This document shows, in pieces, positions 1-10,355 of a stretch of 64,000 bases of DNA. Source of the DNA: a virus (taxonomy: Duplodnaviria; Caudoviricetes). The position numbers and the translations under genes were made by a program. Each line of letters starts with the position of its first letter. Positions within the stretch are counted from its first letter, which is position 1. Below the pieces are notes generated by a model. The model did no database searches, was not told where the DNA came from, and saw only the letters and a program-made list of their open reading frames with translations. The stretch spans positions 160,001 to 224,000 of IMG/VR virus record IMGVR_UViG_3300036987_000310. One strand, written 5' to 3'.

Positions 1-264
1 GGAGTCACGTCTACTCGGGCTGTTCTTCAGGATTACTACTCCAACTATTCGGTATACCCCGTGTGGGTATATGCCGGTCCACAGGATGCCACATATGATA
101 CCTACTTCGGGAACCAGCTTCTGATGGGGCCGATCCCAGACATGTTCATTGCACAAGATGCTACTCCGAACGGATCCTGTGCTCCTGAAAAGCCCCCCTA
201 CCGCTATGTGTGCGTCGAAGGGATGTTCTGGGTGCCTGGTGACACGGAGCCGGTGTTTGCATGA
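1..264 (+). CDS. 5'-truncated member of the tandem Trp-rich virion protein family
   Basis: Frame open from position 1; C-terminus GPIPDMF...MFWVPGDTEPV matches ends of the following paralogues; TGA overlaps next ATG. Confidence 0.7.
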   Translation, partial: GVTSTRAVLQDYYSNYSVYPVWVYAGPQDATYDTYFGNQLLMGPIPDMFIAQDATPNGSCAPEKPPYRYVCVEGMFWVPGDTEPVFA

Positions 265-1307
265 CAATCCCGATGACAGACTTCGTTGGCTCTCGCGATC
301 CTCTTCGCATGACCTACGAGCAGGGGTGGCGAAAGGTGTGGGAGACCATTGACCCGGGAACGTGGGTGTGTGGCAACTACATCACCAGCGGCAGCGATGT
401 TCCCACCTTGTCGATCCTTTTTCGGATGAAGCAAGGGTTGACAAATTCTTTGATCGGGCGCTGGACGGTGCTGGCGAGTTCAGGAAAAGCAGGCACGGGT
501 TCTCTCGTAGCTTCGGCAGGGGACAACTGGCTTAGTTCCTCAGATCTTGTTAGAGCCGCAAACGGTACCTCTCCCAGGGCGTGGATCCTGCTTAGGAGCC
601 CTGCGACCTACAGAGGGACGTTCTATTTGCTGATGGACTGGTGGGGCTCTCTTCGCCCTCATGTGCAGTTCTACTTCACGAAGTCCTGTCCGGATTACTC
701 GTCCCCTGTGACCGACGCTCGTCCTCCTGCCACTGGGAATGAGTGGACTCATCTGAATAGTCAACTCCTGCCCGACGCTGTTCGGTATGGCGGGATTCGA
801 ACCTACCTCATCAAGGCGCACGACGGTTCATTTGTCTTCGCCTGTGCCCTTGGAGGCACAACAGGAGCTTGGCACAGATTTCAAGCAGGCACCCTGTTCA
901 ACATTCTTCAGGCAGGAAGCTCGCCTTCGTGGGACACCACGCAAGCAGTGTCTACTAGATGGTCTGGAACAATTAGCCAGCAAGATCAGATATCGTTCAA
1001 GACTTTGCACCGTGACGGTTCAGATTGCACATTGGAACAGGTGCAATTCCAGGACTATATAACTATTAGTGAGAACGTGCTGCTGGGTGCCCATACTGAT
1101 GATGTCAGAAGAAACTACATCTGCTATCCGCCACAACTAGTGAGCATAGACTCCGGAAAGAAGTGTTGGAGGGGGATCTTGGAGGACCTGGCTCTGCCTC
1201 CAAATCAAATCGCAGAAGGCGCGCCTTTCTTCCGCAACGGAGCAATGAAAGGTATCAGGATCGGTTCCTGGGTTGTTCCAGTCACTAGAAATCTGGTGTT
1301 GGTGTAG
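261..1307 (+). CDS. Trp-rich virion/tail-associated protein, paralogue 2 (348 aa)
   Basis: RWTVLASS...DNW...AWILLRSP N-terminal motif and GILEDL...WVVP C-terminal motif shared with neighbours. Confidence 0.8.
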   Translation: MTIPMTDFVGSRDPLRMTYEQGWRKVWETIDPGTWVCGNYITSGSDVPTLSILFRMKQGLTNSLIGRWTVLASSGKAGTGSLVASAGDNWLSSSDLVRAANGTSPRAWILLRSPATYRGTFYLLMDWWGSLRPHVQFYFTKSCPDYSSPVTDARPPATGNEWTHLNSQLLPDAVRYGGIRTYLIKAHDGSFVFACALGGTTGAWHRFQAGTLFNILQAGSSPSWDTTQAVSTRWSGTISQQDQISFKTLHRDGSDCTLEQVQFQDYITISENVLLGAHTDDVRRNYICYPPQLVSIDSGKKCWRGILEDLALPPNQIAEGAPFFRNGAMKGIRIGSWVVPVTRNLVLV

Positions 1308-1309
1308 CC

Positions 1310-2440
1310 ATGTACGCATGGGAGAAGAACTGGGTTTGTTTCGCGGACAGTTTCTCCGTTGGGTCCCCTGAAGGAACCCTGACGTCTCGTAAAGCGATAC
1401 TGAACCGGCTCAAGAACTGGATGGTCTCACATGCTGGGTGGACCGTGGTGGCGTCCAAGGGATTCTGGACTGCATCGTATTACTACGAGTATGAAGGGGT
1501 TACGCCTGGGGGTTCGTATGGTGGCGACAGCACTGGCCCATATGATGTGTGGTCTCATTCTGGAGGAGATATAGCAGCTACCAGGGTGCCTTGGATCATG
1601 CTTCGAAGCCCCACAACCTCACTAGGGACGTACTACATCCTGATGGGACATACAAGCTCAAGTACGTCCCTTTCCGGGGACTTCTACTTCGGGGTATCGG
1701 ACCAGATGTTCCAGGAACCTGTGGGTAACGCTCTACCCCTTCCACAGACTGGGGCTCGCATCGCTCAGCGTCCTCGCACGGATGCCTATCATACGGGAGG
1801 AGACAACGCGACCTATTATCTATATTTCTCCGCATGTGCCACCGATGGAAGCTTCTTTCTCACTGTTCGTAGGCACACCCATGTGAACAACTTCAGCGGC
1901 CTGTATATGTTTTCGCTGCTGGATCCAGGCATGATTCCATACGACAACTTCATGCCGATCATTTTTGCTTCGTCTGCCTACAGCACTTGGCGCTTTTCTT
2001 GTGACTTGAGAAGCAATAGCGGATACTATCTTGCCAACTGGATTGACTGGCCCTGGCAAAATCCCAAGGTAGACTACGACTATTTTGGTGTATCAGCTTC
2101 TCCTTGTGTCCGGCGGGTTGGCACGAGCGTAGCGGCCACAGACTTTCCATTCGACATGGATGGCAAGGTATACATGTTTCCGGCGCACATGCATCGGACA
2201 TGCAAGGTAGGTTATGCACAGGGCGGTGTCGGAGGTTATCAATTCGTTCGCCCGACTTACATCGGAAGGGTACCGGACCTGTATGTGGCTCCAGAGTCGG
2301 GAATAATAAAGGGAGACGTGGTCACTGATTCGACCGGGGCTATAAAGTACTATTTTGCCTCATTCAATGTTGACACATACGACACCGTAGCAACCAGTAA
2401 ACTGAAGTTGTGGATTCCTGGAACCGATGTGCCTGCTTGA
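1310..2440 (+). CDS. Trp-rich virion/tail-associated protein, paralogue 3 (376 aa)
   Basis: GWTVVASK...DVW...PWIMLRSP; GRVPDL...LWIPG. Confidence 0.8.
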   Translation: MYAWEKNWVCFADSFSVGSPEGTLTSRKAILNRLKNWMVSHAGWTVVASKGFWTASYYYEYEGVTPGGSYGGDSTGPYDVWSHSGGDIAATRVPWIMLRSPTTSLGTYYILMGHTSSSTSLSGDFYFGVSDQMFQEPVGNALPLPQTGARIAQRPRTDAYHTGGDNATYYLYFSACATDGSFFLTVRRHTHVNNFSGLYMFSLLDPGMIPYDNFMPIIFASSAYSTWRFSCDLRSNSGYYLANWIDWPWQNPKVDYDYFGVSASPCVRRVGTSVAATDFPFDMDGKVYMFPAHMHRTCKVGYAQGGVGGYQFVRPTYIGRVPDLYVAPESGIIKGDVVTDSTGAIKYYFASFNVDTYDTVATSKLKLWIPGTDVPA

Positions 2441-2449
2441 GGACATGTC

Positions 2450-3466
2450 ATGCCGATAACCAAGACCTGGTGTCACTCTGCTCCTTCTTTGCATCGTTCC
2501 CACTCGTGGTACGACGAAGAGTGGCGCACGGCTATGTGGCTTCTAAAAGAAGCCCTAGTGAATGCTACAGTGGGCGCTTGGACGGTGGTGGCAAGTGCGG
2601 ACAGGTCTGTTGCGGGACTGTACGACACCTGGACCTCCTGGGACAAGGTTGACTGGCGCAATTCTCTGGGAGTGAACGCTAACCCTGGGAGTTGGATGCT
2701 TCTCAAGAGTCCGACAGGAGTGCGGGGGCCAGTTTGGTTGTTTTATGAGATCTCTTCCACGTCCGTGGGCGTGGGTACTCACACCCGCTTTTGGATTCTC
2801 ACAAGAGAGCCCGACCTGTCAAACATAGTCGAGTGGAGAATGCCTTCGTTCGCGGGGATCCCTCGTGTTTTTGCTTCATGCACGTTGGCCATTACAGCCT
2901 CAGGCGCCCCCACCTCAGTCATGGACACGCTCGTAGCAGAAGACGGCAGCTTTTGTTTTTTCACCCGAATAAACAATAACCCGAATGGAGGATCAAACTA
3001 CCCTGTTTCTGTTTTGATCTTCAACTTTCTGGACGATGTTATCCCGCAGGATCCCTACGGGTTTGCGCTGTTTGCTAAAAGTAGCCTTGGTTCAACTGAT
3101 GACCAGAATTCCACCGAGTGGTCTGCTGGTGTTGGGCTAGATCCAGACGGGGTGTCCTCTACAAGAGCCATGGTGAGACACGTCGGAATAAACGAATCAG
3201 GAACAGTGAACGCTAACTTTGCCCCTTCCAAGCAAACAGCAGAAGACCCCTCTTGGGGGAAGTACTACTCGGAGAGGATTCCCATTTTTTGTAGTACCGA
3301 AGGTAGGCAGGGTTTTCGGGGAACCATGTCCGACATTTGGTGGTCCCCCTATGTTGGGTCTGCTGCCGTGTTGAACGGCAGCACGGCTTGGTTGGACTCG
3401 TCCACTAAAGTATGCTGCATGCAATGTTTCTGGCTGCCCTGCCCTGGAGACCCTTGGGTACTGTGA
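2450..3466 (+). CDS. Trp-rich virion/tail-associated protein, paralogue 4 (338 aa)
   Basis: AWTVVASA...DTW...SWMLLKSP; GTMSDI...FWLPCPG. Confidence 0.8.
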   Translation: MPITKTWCHSAPSLHRSHSWYDEEWRTAMWLLKEALVNATVGAWTVVASADRSVAGLYDTWTSWDKVDWRNSLGVNANPGSWMLLKSPTGVRGPVWLFYEISSTSVGVGTHTRFWILTREPDLSNIVEWRMPSFAGIPRVFASCTLAITASGAPTSVMDTLVAEDGSFCFFTRINNNPNGGSNYPVSVLIFNFLDDVIPQDPYGFALFAKSSLGSTDDQNSTEWSAGVGLDPDGVSSTRAMVRHVGINESGTVNANFAPSKQTAEDPSWGKYYSERIPIFCSTEGRQGFRGTMSDIWWSPYVGSAAVLNGSTAWLDSSTKVCCMQCFWLPCPGDPWVL

Positions 3467-3475
3467 GGAGACAAA

Positions 3476-4474
3476 ATGGCACCGCCGATTCCTTCAAAGA
3501 CCTGGACCATCGGACATATGGTAATTCCAGCCGATGTGGACTCCACCACCTTGCACAAAAAGGTGATGTGGAATATCAAAGAGCTTTTGATCAGCATGGG
3601 GTTTACCGCTAGCCGGTCAGTGGCGTGGAATCCCACTCTCAACCCTCCTAATGGGGCTTGGGAAGGACCATCATCCGGGGACTTGTGGGTAGCGTGGAAT
3701 TATTTGCGTTACGGTGTTCCATACGCCATGTATGGAACTTCGTGGATAAGGCTCGACCATCCAGTGCAAGGGCAATTGCTTATTGTCACAACAGGATATG
3801 GTGGTCAAGGCACCGATGCAAACTGGAACAGGGCCTGGATACGCTGGTCCCCTAGCGGGTCTTTTACGGCTGGGGTCAGTGAACTTTCGGCCCCTACAGC
3901 TCCAGATGCCGTGACACTTTGCGACAATGCCGACTTTCAAAGCGCCGGACTGACCAACAACCAACGCGTGCTTCATTACATGAAGTCCACAGACGGAAAG
4001 GGCATCCGGCTTTTTCAGATGTACTCCAACACCGTGTGGAGCCCCATGTTCTTCGAGGTGTTGTCCAACCCTCACCCGACTTTTAACGGCAAAGTCTTGG
4101 CTTCTGTTTATCCTGCTGCAAATTCGATGACCTATGGCGTCTACTATGACACTTCCCCACTAGTGGGGCTCAATAGCGTTGGAACCAGGTTCTCGGCATC
4201 TCTTGCTTGTGAGGGGGCCCTTAGCAATGGCATCGGAGAAGTTTGGACTACGCCAGACATGAATGGGACGTTGCCGATAGCTGCAATCGGTGCCGTTGCT
4301 ACTTCGCCAGGACCTCAATATTATCTTGGGGATGTTGCCGATTTGTGGTTTGGATCGGCGGCTGGCGTCAACAGTGGCGACACCTATTCAGATCATTTGG
4401 GTAACCTTCGAAAGTTCGCGCAGTTCAATCACATGATTTTCCCGTGGGACGGAACCATCCCACAGACAGCGTGA
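3476..4474 (+). CDS. Trp-rich virion/tail-associated protein, paralogue 5 (332 aa)
   Basis: GAGGAG RBS; DLW...SWIRL; GDVADL...NHMIFPW. Confidence 0.8.
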   Translation: MAPPIPSKTWTIGHMVIPADVDSTTLHKKVMWNIKELLISMGFTASRSVAWNPTLNPPNGAWEGPSSGDLWVAWNYLRYGVPYAMYGTSWIRLDHPVQGQLLIVTTGYGGQGTDANWNRAWIRWSPSGSFTAGVSELSAPTAPDAVTLCDNADFQSAGLTNNQRVLHYMKSTDGKGIRLFQMYSNTVWSPMFFEVLSNPHPTFNGKVLASVYPAANSMTYGVYYDTSPLVGLNSVGTRFSASLACEGALSNGIGEVWTTPDMNGTLPIAAIGAVATSPGPQYYLGDVADLWFGSAAGVNSGDTYSDHLGNLRKFAQFNHMIFPWDGTIPQTA

Positions 4475-4481
4475 GGACCCT

Positions 4482-5423
4482 ATGTCTGCCCCTTCCCACA
4501 CTCTCACCTGGACAATTCGAGGCGATCTGTACGTTCCCTCTGAAACCAACCCTACGATAGGGAAAAAAGCTTTCTTCAAGATGAAGGACACGCTGGTAAC
4601 AGTCTTCGGATGGACAGTGTTTTCCAGCAGCAACTCTTCTTCTGCAGGAGCTTCAGACCTTTGGTTGTCTTTTTCCAACCTTGTATGGGGCACTGGGGCT
4701 CGTTCTTGGATTGTCTTCAATCGCCCGAATGGAGAACAAGTTTGCTTTGACTTATACGGGTGGAGTGCCGATTATACTTGGATGGGAAGCATGACTGTCA
4801 GCCCTGGAGGACTGTTTACGGGCGGCACAGCGTCGGCTCGTCCTACCGCCACTGACGAGATAATACTTGTAGCCAATGGGGAAAACCTGTTGACTACCGG
4901 AGACGCGGCTCCACGCAATTGGTACATTGCTCAGTCTTCAGACGGCCACAACACAAGAATCGTTCACATGCAGAACAACGGCACCACAACGGCCTTTTTC
5001 TTTGAACGGCTTCAATCTCCGATCTCAACCTTTGTGGACAAGTCTTTGGCAGGCGGTCTTGGAATTGGAAGCGCTCTTACTTATTCCAACTGGGTCCACA
5101 CTGGTCGTTTGAAGGGAAGACTGGTGGGTAGCACAGCAGTGACGGCATCTTTTCTTTGCCCCGGCACGCGATCTGGCGGCTTAGGCGAACATGTGAACGT
5201 GCGCGACTTGGACGGGGAGCTTGTCATGCTCAGAATGAAAGCTTACTCCAACACCTCTGGGTACAAGGGGATTCTAGGCACTGTTCCTGATTTGTACATG
5301 GGGAGCAGTCTGCAGAAGAATGGGGACACTTTTCCTGATGGTTTAGGCAACCCGGGGAAATGGCTTTGTCTGGATCACATGATTTTTCCATGGAACAACA
5401 CGCGCCTTCAGTCGGGAGGGTGA
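4482..5423 (+). CDS. Trp-rich virion/tail-associated protein, paralogue 6 (313 aa)
   Basis: GWTVFSSS...DLW...SWIVF; GTVPDL...DHMIFPW. Confidence 0.8.
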   Translation: MSAPSHTLTWTIRGDLYVPSETNPTIGKKAFFKMKDTLVTVFGWTVFSSSNSSSAGASDLWLSFSNLVWGTGARSWIVFNRPNGEQVCFDLYGWSADYTWMGSMTVSPGGLFTGGTASARPTATDEIILVANGENLLTTGDAAPRNWYIAQSSDGHNTRIVHMQNNGTTTAFFFERLQSPISTFVDKSLAGGLGIGSALTYSNWVHTGRLKGRLVGSTAVTASFLCPGTRSGGLGEHVNVRDLDGELVMLRMKAYSNTSGYKGILGTVPDLYMGSSLQKNGDTFPDGLGNPGKWLCLDHMIFPWNNTRLQSGG

Positions 5424-5424
5424 C

Positions 5425-5754
5425 ATGGCAGACTTGATAGGAGAGTTGGTTGACCTGTCCTTGTACGAGGAAGTTTCCAGCAATCGGGAGATGGACGGGG
5501 ACAGTCTAGAGCTAGTCTTGGTGAAAGACGCCGTGCTGCCTCGCTCGTGGCCGTCAATGCTGACTCCTCCTGCGCCCCCGCTTGCAGGCCTTTACACTAG
5601 CTACTATTTAATGCGCGGGTTTAGACATTTGCACGCTCCAACCCCGGATTTTGAAACTTGGGTTGCAGCAGGCGTCCCGAACGCATTGAACCCGAGTGGA
5701 GAACCAATACAAGACGTTAGCATTCAGCTGGCTTGGTTTGAAGTAAACCTGTGA
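5425..5754 (+). CDS. small virion-module protein, YxxRG...ETW...PSGxPI family
   Basis: Coupled to upstream gene; motif shared with 5761-5997. Confidence 0.65.
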   Translation: MADLIGELVDLSLYEEVSSNREMDGDSLELVLVKDAVLPRSWPSMLTPPAPPLAGLYTSYYLMRGFRHLHAPTPDFETWVAAGVPNALNPSGEPIQDVSIQLAWFEVNL

Positions 5755-5760
5755 GGAAAA

Positions 5761-5997
5761 ATGGCGAGCTACAGCTTTACACGTCCTGCGGTCAATCAGC
5801 CAGTCTTCGAATTCGACAAAATTCCGTATGGAGAGCCCACTCCAACTTTGCGGAAGTTTTATTATTATCGTGCGTGGAACACTATTCTTCTGATGTGGGA
5901 AACCTGGGTGACAGTGGACGTTCCGGACCCGGCTCCGCCAAGCGGGGATCCAATTGTTGGGTTGACACAAGCTCTTTTCTGGAGAAAAGTAGTGTAG
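5761..5997 (+). CDS. small virion-module protein, YxxRA...ETW...PSGxPI family
   Basis: GAGG RBS; motif shared with 5425-5754. Confidence 0.65.
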   Translation: MASYSFTRPAVNQPVFEFDKIPYGEPTPTLRKFYYYRAWNTILLMWETWVTVDVPDPAPPSGDPIVGLTQALFWRKVV

Positions 5998-6000
5998 TTT

Positions 6001-7539
6001 TCACCATGTGAAAACTAATTCAGCCGATTTGCATGTGGCAGCGTTTCCGCCACCTTCAACGCCAATCCAAAGCCTAGCTTCAAACACGCCTGGACCACCT
6101 GCAGACAAATTGGCAAAAGCTGCAGTCACATCGGTTTCATACGTGCTGGGAACAAGCTGATTCGGAGTCGGACCCCCGGGGGGCGGCAGCCCAGTTATAG
6201 TGTCAGTTTGAGAGCCTGACACAACCCCGGGGGTTCCTAAATTCAAAACACCGTTCAAATCGTACAAATCAATGTATGCCTCGTACCCAGCACTTCCGCT
6301 TGTCGACTCCATGACGACACGATATTTTACTGTGTAAGTGCTGTTTGGTATTTCAGAAGCGTCTATATAAGCAGTTCCTATTGATGTTGGAACTGAAACA
6401 GAGGTTGTTCCTATGCCAATGTTTACTGGAACAACCAACCTAGACAAAACAGAAGGCGCGTGGATTGTGAGCGTCCCGGAAACGCCAGGCTGTGTTTCCG
6501 AACAAGTGCACCAATATCCCTCAAGATATACGTCGATGTTTCCAGTTCCAGAAAGCGTTGTGCCTTGAATTTCCGAGTACCCTTCCTCGTAAATCGTGAC
6601 TGACACAGCTCCGTCTGTTGAAAAAACAGTTCCAGACTCCACAAACAAAACCAGGCTTGAACTCTTCAAACTCAAGCGAATAGACCCGCCTACCGTGAAA
6701 AGAGGAGATACTTCGCTGTGGTTTGTGAAGATGCAGTCCACAGCATCTCTTTCTCCCCCATCAGACAGCATGCATGTTCCGGTGGAGCCAGCTTCCATGT
6801 CCATCGTGACATATTCAAACGATCCCGGATTTAAAAGAATAGACCCGGAGTCAAGATATGCTGTGGGACGACTTCCTTCTCTGTTTCCCCATAGTTTTGC
6901 TCTTCCTTCCAGGTCCCAGGTTCCGATTGGTACGATTGCGGCTCCAAGAGAATCGTCTATTTCAACTATGACTGGACCACTTGTGGTTCCAAAGAACGTC
7001 ATCAAGTTTGACCAGTTAGAAAAAATTCTTCCTGCTTCAACCCCTCCCGGCCTATAGATGATGTGCGTTCCTGGGGGTCCTTCAACACCCTGGGGTCCTT
7101 CAACACCCTGCGGACCCTGCGGCCCTTCCACTCCTTGGGGCCCTTCCACTCCTTGGGGCCCTTGCGGGCCCGGGGGCCCGTCCTCTCCTGGAGGGCCCTC
7201 TTCTCCAGTATCCCCTTTTAGGCCTTTAGACCCAGGATTCCCTTGAGGGCCGGGCGGCCCCTGGACCATGTCGAGCTTTGACCCGGGCTTTGCGAATTTT
7301 AAGGCAAATGTGTACTCCCATATGTTGTTGGATGATGTGATTCCAAGCAGAATTATCTGTGTCACCATCCAGCTTTGATCAATGCCGAGCGTTCCGTATA
7401 CTTGATTAAAAACGTTCGGAGTATCAAACTGCAACACTGGATTTTGGAACATTGAATCAGCCGTCAGTATGACGGTTGCTCGCGCTGTTCCTGGCTGGTC
7501 TGAAGCTTGTTTGATTACGCCGATGTTAAACATGTTCAA
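6001..7539 (-). CDS. collagen-like repeat fibre protein (512 aa)
   Basis: N-terminal DQPGT domain shared with 10818-12437, Gly-X-Y run, beta-rich C-terminus. Confidence 0.8.
   Translation of the reverse strand: MNMFNIGVIKQASDQPGTARATVILTADSMFQNPVLQFDTPNVFNQVYGTLGIDQSWMVTQIILLGITSSNNIWEYTFALKFAKPGSKLDMVQGPPGPQGNPGSKGLKGDTGEEGPPGEDGPPGPQGPQGVEGPQGVEGPQGPQGVEGPQGVEGPPGTHIIYRPGGVEAGRIFSNWSNLMTFFGTTSGPVIVEIDDSLGAAIVPIGTWDLEGRAKLWGNREGSRPTAYLDSGSILLNPGSFEYVTMDMEAGSTGTCMLSDGGERDAVDCIFTNHSEVSPLFTVGGSIRLSLKSSSLVLFVESGTVFSTDGAVSVTIYEEGYSEIQGTTLSGTGNIDVYLEGYWCTCSETQPGVSGTLTIHAPSVLSRLVVPVNIGIGTTSVSVPTSIGTAYIDASEIPNSTYTVKYRVVMESTSGSAGYEAYIDLYDLNGVLNLGTPGVVSGSQTDTITGLPPPGGPTPNQLVPSTYETDVTAAFANLSAGGPGVFEARLWIGVEGGGNAATCKSAELVFTW
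7075..7265 (-). repeat. collagen Gly-X-Y coding repeats (GPQGVE units)
   Basis: [10 protein letters not shown]...[16 protein letters not shown] in translation. Confidence 0.85.
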
Positions 7540-7588
7540 CCTTAGCCACGATCAGAGGTATGCACCCAATACTTAGGCGTGAGCACGC

Positions 7589-7921
7589 CTAAGTATTAAG
7601 GTCTTCGAGAACGTCTTCTGAGCCCTCGAAGAAAGGATGATTTTTGAGCATTTCATAGATGGCCCCGCGAGGATCGCCTGTGGCTATGGCGTCCACAGCG
7701 GTCTGCCCTTTCAGTTCCGTCGCTGGCACATCCGCTACCGACGCTTCCAGGTTGGGGACGGGTACGGGCAGTTTGCCCGCACGTCGGGCAGCCTCGTTGA
7801 TATACAACATGAAATGGCAAGTGACAGCTTTCATTTGAATGTCATAATGCACAACTGGGGCGAGACGCCAATACTCGGCGGCGCCCCCGTCACGCATCGG
7901 CTTGGAGAGTTTTAGGGCCAC
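7589..7921 (-). CDS. hypothetical protein, possible tail fibre assembly protein
   Basis: 110 aa directly downstream of the S74 tail fibre; function inferred from position only. Confidence 0.6.
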   Translation of the reverse strand: MALKLSKPMRDGGAAEYWRLAPVVHYDIQMKAVTCHFMLYINEAARRAGKLPVPVPNLEASVADVPATELKGQTAVDAIATGDPRGAIYEMLKNHPFFEGSEDVLEDLNT

Positions 7922-10355
7922 AGCTTCCTCCGTTCTTGAGAATCTGAATCCGCGCCTGAAGAGCGACTGCCTCGGCAGCTAACTCCTGTATGGCACGGGT
8001 TAGAGGTGCGATCATTGCTTCGTAGGACACGGCTTGCATGTCGTCTTTCGACACTGGTTTCGACCAGATATTACTTTCCATATCGCCCAAGGACTGTGCA
8101 ACCTCCTGGGCAATGAACCCATGGTGGATGGGGCCTTGCGGGCTGGCCTTCAGGCAGAATCTGCGTGGTCGTAGAGCCCTAATAAAGTCAAGGCCCAGGT
8201 CACAGTCCTCAATGGACGTTTTAAGCCGAATGTCCGAATCCGTGGTGTAGGCACCACCGTGGACTGTGACGGCACCCACGAGCCCAAGACGAACTCCGCT
8301 TGTGGTTGTGGTCGCACCGGATCCAACCAGGGTGGCTTCACTTGGCGGTTCAACTTCATACCAGGTCGGGCTCGACTGGTAGTTCGGTACTGGGGGTTCT
8401 GGGATGTCATAATACCACCATGTACCTTCTTTTTCGATAAAACAGAGATCACCATTATACTCGGACGACCACAGTGTACCCGTATGATCACGGTCATAGA
8501 TCGTTTTATAGGTCCACCTGGTCATACTCAAGAGTGAAAGCGCTGTGCCTGAACCGTACCCGAGACAGGTGTTGTTGTCGCCGTTTTTGTTCACGCCTCC
8601 GGTAGTACCACCCAAGTAGGTGCAGCAGAAGGCGCTTCGGATGTCGGCCCCCGCAAGGTGTCCACATATGACATTGAAGTGATCAATGTTGGGCGTATAA
8701 GTGAAGTCTTGAGAATACTCGAGCGCACGCCGTCCGATGGCGATGTTACTGCTGGAGTAGTCTGAGCCGTAAGGGGTAGACCAAGCCTCTCGCTCTTTGT
8801 CCATCCCCCAACCGACATGATATCCAAAGTAGATGTTGCGGGACGCTTTAACCGACCACTGGGCTGTTTGGCAGCCAAAGAGGATGTTATCCTCTGCTCC
8901 TGTCTCTGCTGGGGGGCGCAGCAAGCCTTTACCTACTTCAAGCCCGAAGCCGATGTTGCAAGGGCCTACACCCTGGTTTGCACCGCCAGAACCACCTTTC
9001 AAAGCCTCGAACCCAAAACCGATATTTCCGGGGAACTTATTGGGGTTGATGCCAGATTGCGAGAGAACTTGATAACCGAAGGAAACAGTGTAATTACCGA
9101 CATCGGCTGAGTTGTAGCCCCCAGCGATCACGCCGGTCAAATTCACGTCTGCATATACCGAGCCTCCCCCAAGATAGGAACGCGGATGGACTATAACGTT
9201 GTCCGACCCGGTCGTCACTTTGGAGTTGGCATATGGTCCGCAGAGGACGTTACGAGATCCGCTGGTGACGACGCTTGCTGCGAGAAGGATATTGCGGGTT
9301 CCCGTGTAAACGTTGAGGGTTGCCCCCGCACCGGCACCCAAGCACAGATTGTCCCCTGGATAAGAACCAGTTTTTGCGGCCTCGTACCCGATGGCGATGG
9401 TTCGAGTAGCGCAGCGGCCCTTACCGGAACCATATCCAGCCAGGATGACGTCCGTGCCAGGCCGTGTGGCGGTGTATATGGTCCCGACCTGGTCTCCGAT
9501 GGCAATCGGGTTCACGGCTCGGGTGTCTGAATAGCTCATCAGATTTCGCCCCACCAGGATGCCCGCAGTGAACTGGCAGGACGTGGCGGGAGACGTGCCC
9601 AGGATGATATTGCTGGAGAAGGTTCCGACGAGGTTACTTCCGGAACCAGCCCCACAGTAGGTGTTCTGAGAGCCCGAGCTTATCCGATTGCCCGAGTTGT
9701 ACCCTAAGGTAACGTTGTGGCTACCCGTCGTGAGCGCACCGTAATACTGACCCAGGCTTTCTTTGCCGAGAAACGTGTTGGTAGAGGACCCGTACGTCGG
9801 GTTGTTCCGGATCGGGAGGACTGAGTTCGCGATGTTGCCGTAGCGACCCGCAACCGCGACCCATCGGGTAGTCCCGCCAGCCCCCGTGTTGAGAATCACC
9901 TTGGCGTCTCGAACAGCGTTCGAAGCGTCTGCGGACAGGTACCGGTAAAAAGTGTCGGTCTCGGCCACGAAGCCGACGGCGTTATTTCCGGGTGCGGCGG
10001 CTTCAGCTGCTGCCACGGTTGCGTACTCGTAGACGCCCCCGCCGGGACCTCCTCCTCCCGCCGGTATCCAAGAAGAAGACCCTGCGTTCCAGGTCAAGAC
10101 CTGTCCGTCCGAAGGGGCTGTGGACGCCACAGTGCGATTTTGGATGCGGATGACGGTCTGGCTCGTCGATGTTCCTGAAAGGTCGCCTCCAGCCGTGAAT
10201 CCCCCTGGTGCCGTGACCCACACAGGCTCTGCACCGTTCCAAGACAACACATACCCTATGCTCGGGGCCGCCTGTGGTAGCCATCGATAGGCTGTGTAGG
10301 TAGGGTCCCAAAATAGGGACTGCCCTGCCGCTCGTCCTCTGCCTACAGTACTCAT
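7890..10355 (-). CDS. tail fibre protein with C-terminal intramolecular chaperone (Peptidase S74-like)
   Basis: SDIRLK...LGLDFIRALRP...HGFIAQEV plus coiled coil; N/G-rich beta-helix-type repeats; GGDLSG...IQNRTV...GQVLTW fibre repeat. Confidence 0.85.
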   Translation of the reverse strand: MSTVGRGRAAGQSLFWDPTYTAYRWLPQAAPSIGYVLSWNGAEPVWVTAPGGFTAGGDLSGTSTSQTVIRIQNRTVASTAPSDGQVLTWNAGSSSWIPAGGGGPGGGVYEYATVAAAEAAAPGNNAVGFVAETDTFYRYLSADASNAVRDAKVILNTGAGGTTRWVAVAGRYGNIANSVLPIRNNPTYGSSTNTFLGKESLGQYYGALTTGSHNVTLGYNSGNRISSGSQNTYCGAGSGSNLVGTFSSNIILGTSPATSCQFTAGILVGRNLMSYSDTRAVNPIAIGDQVGTIYTATRPGTDVILAGYGSGKGRCATRTIAIGYEAAKTGSYPGDNLCLGAGAGATLNVYTGTRNILLAASVVTSGSRNVLCGPYANSKVTTGSDNVIVHPRSYLGGGSVYADVNLTGVIAGGYNSADVGNYTVSFGYQVLSQSGINPNKFPGNIGFGFEALKGGSGGANQGVGPCNIGFGLEVGKGLLRPPAETGAEDNILFGCQTAQWSVKASRNIYFGYHVGWGMDKEREAWSTPYGSDYSSSNIAIGRRALEYSQDFTYTPNIDHFNVICGHLAGADIRSAFCCTYLGGTTGGVNKNGDNNTCLGYGSGTALSLLSMTRWTYKTIYDRDHTGTLWSSEYNGDLCFIEKEGTWWYYDIPEPPVPNYQSSPTWYEVEPPSEATLVGSGATTTTSGVRLGLVGAVTVHGGAYTTDSDIRLKTSIEDCDLGLDFIRALRPRRFCLKASPQGPIHHGFIAQEVAQSLGDMESNIWSKPVSKDDMQAVSYEAMIAPLTRAIQELAAEAVALQARIQILKNGGSCGPKTLQADA

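Noticed and set aside
785-812. tRNA-like T-arm (GGTTCGAATCCCGCC on the minus strand)
   Set aside because: Lies inside a coding paralogue; the T-stem does not pair fully and no D/anticodon arms are visible.
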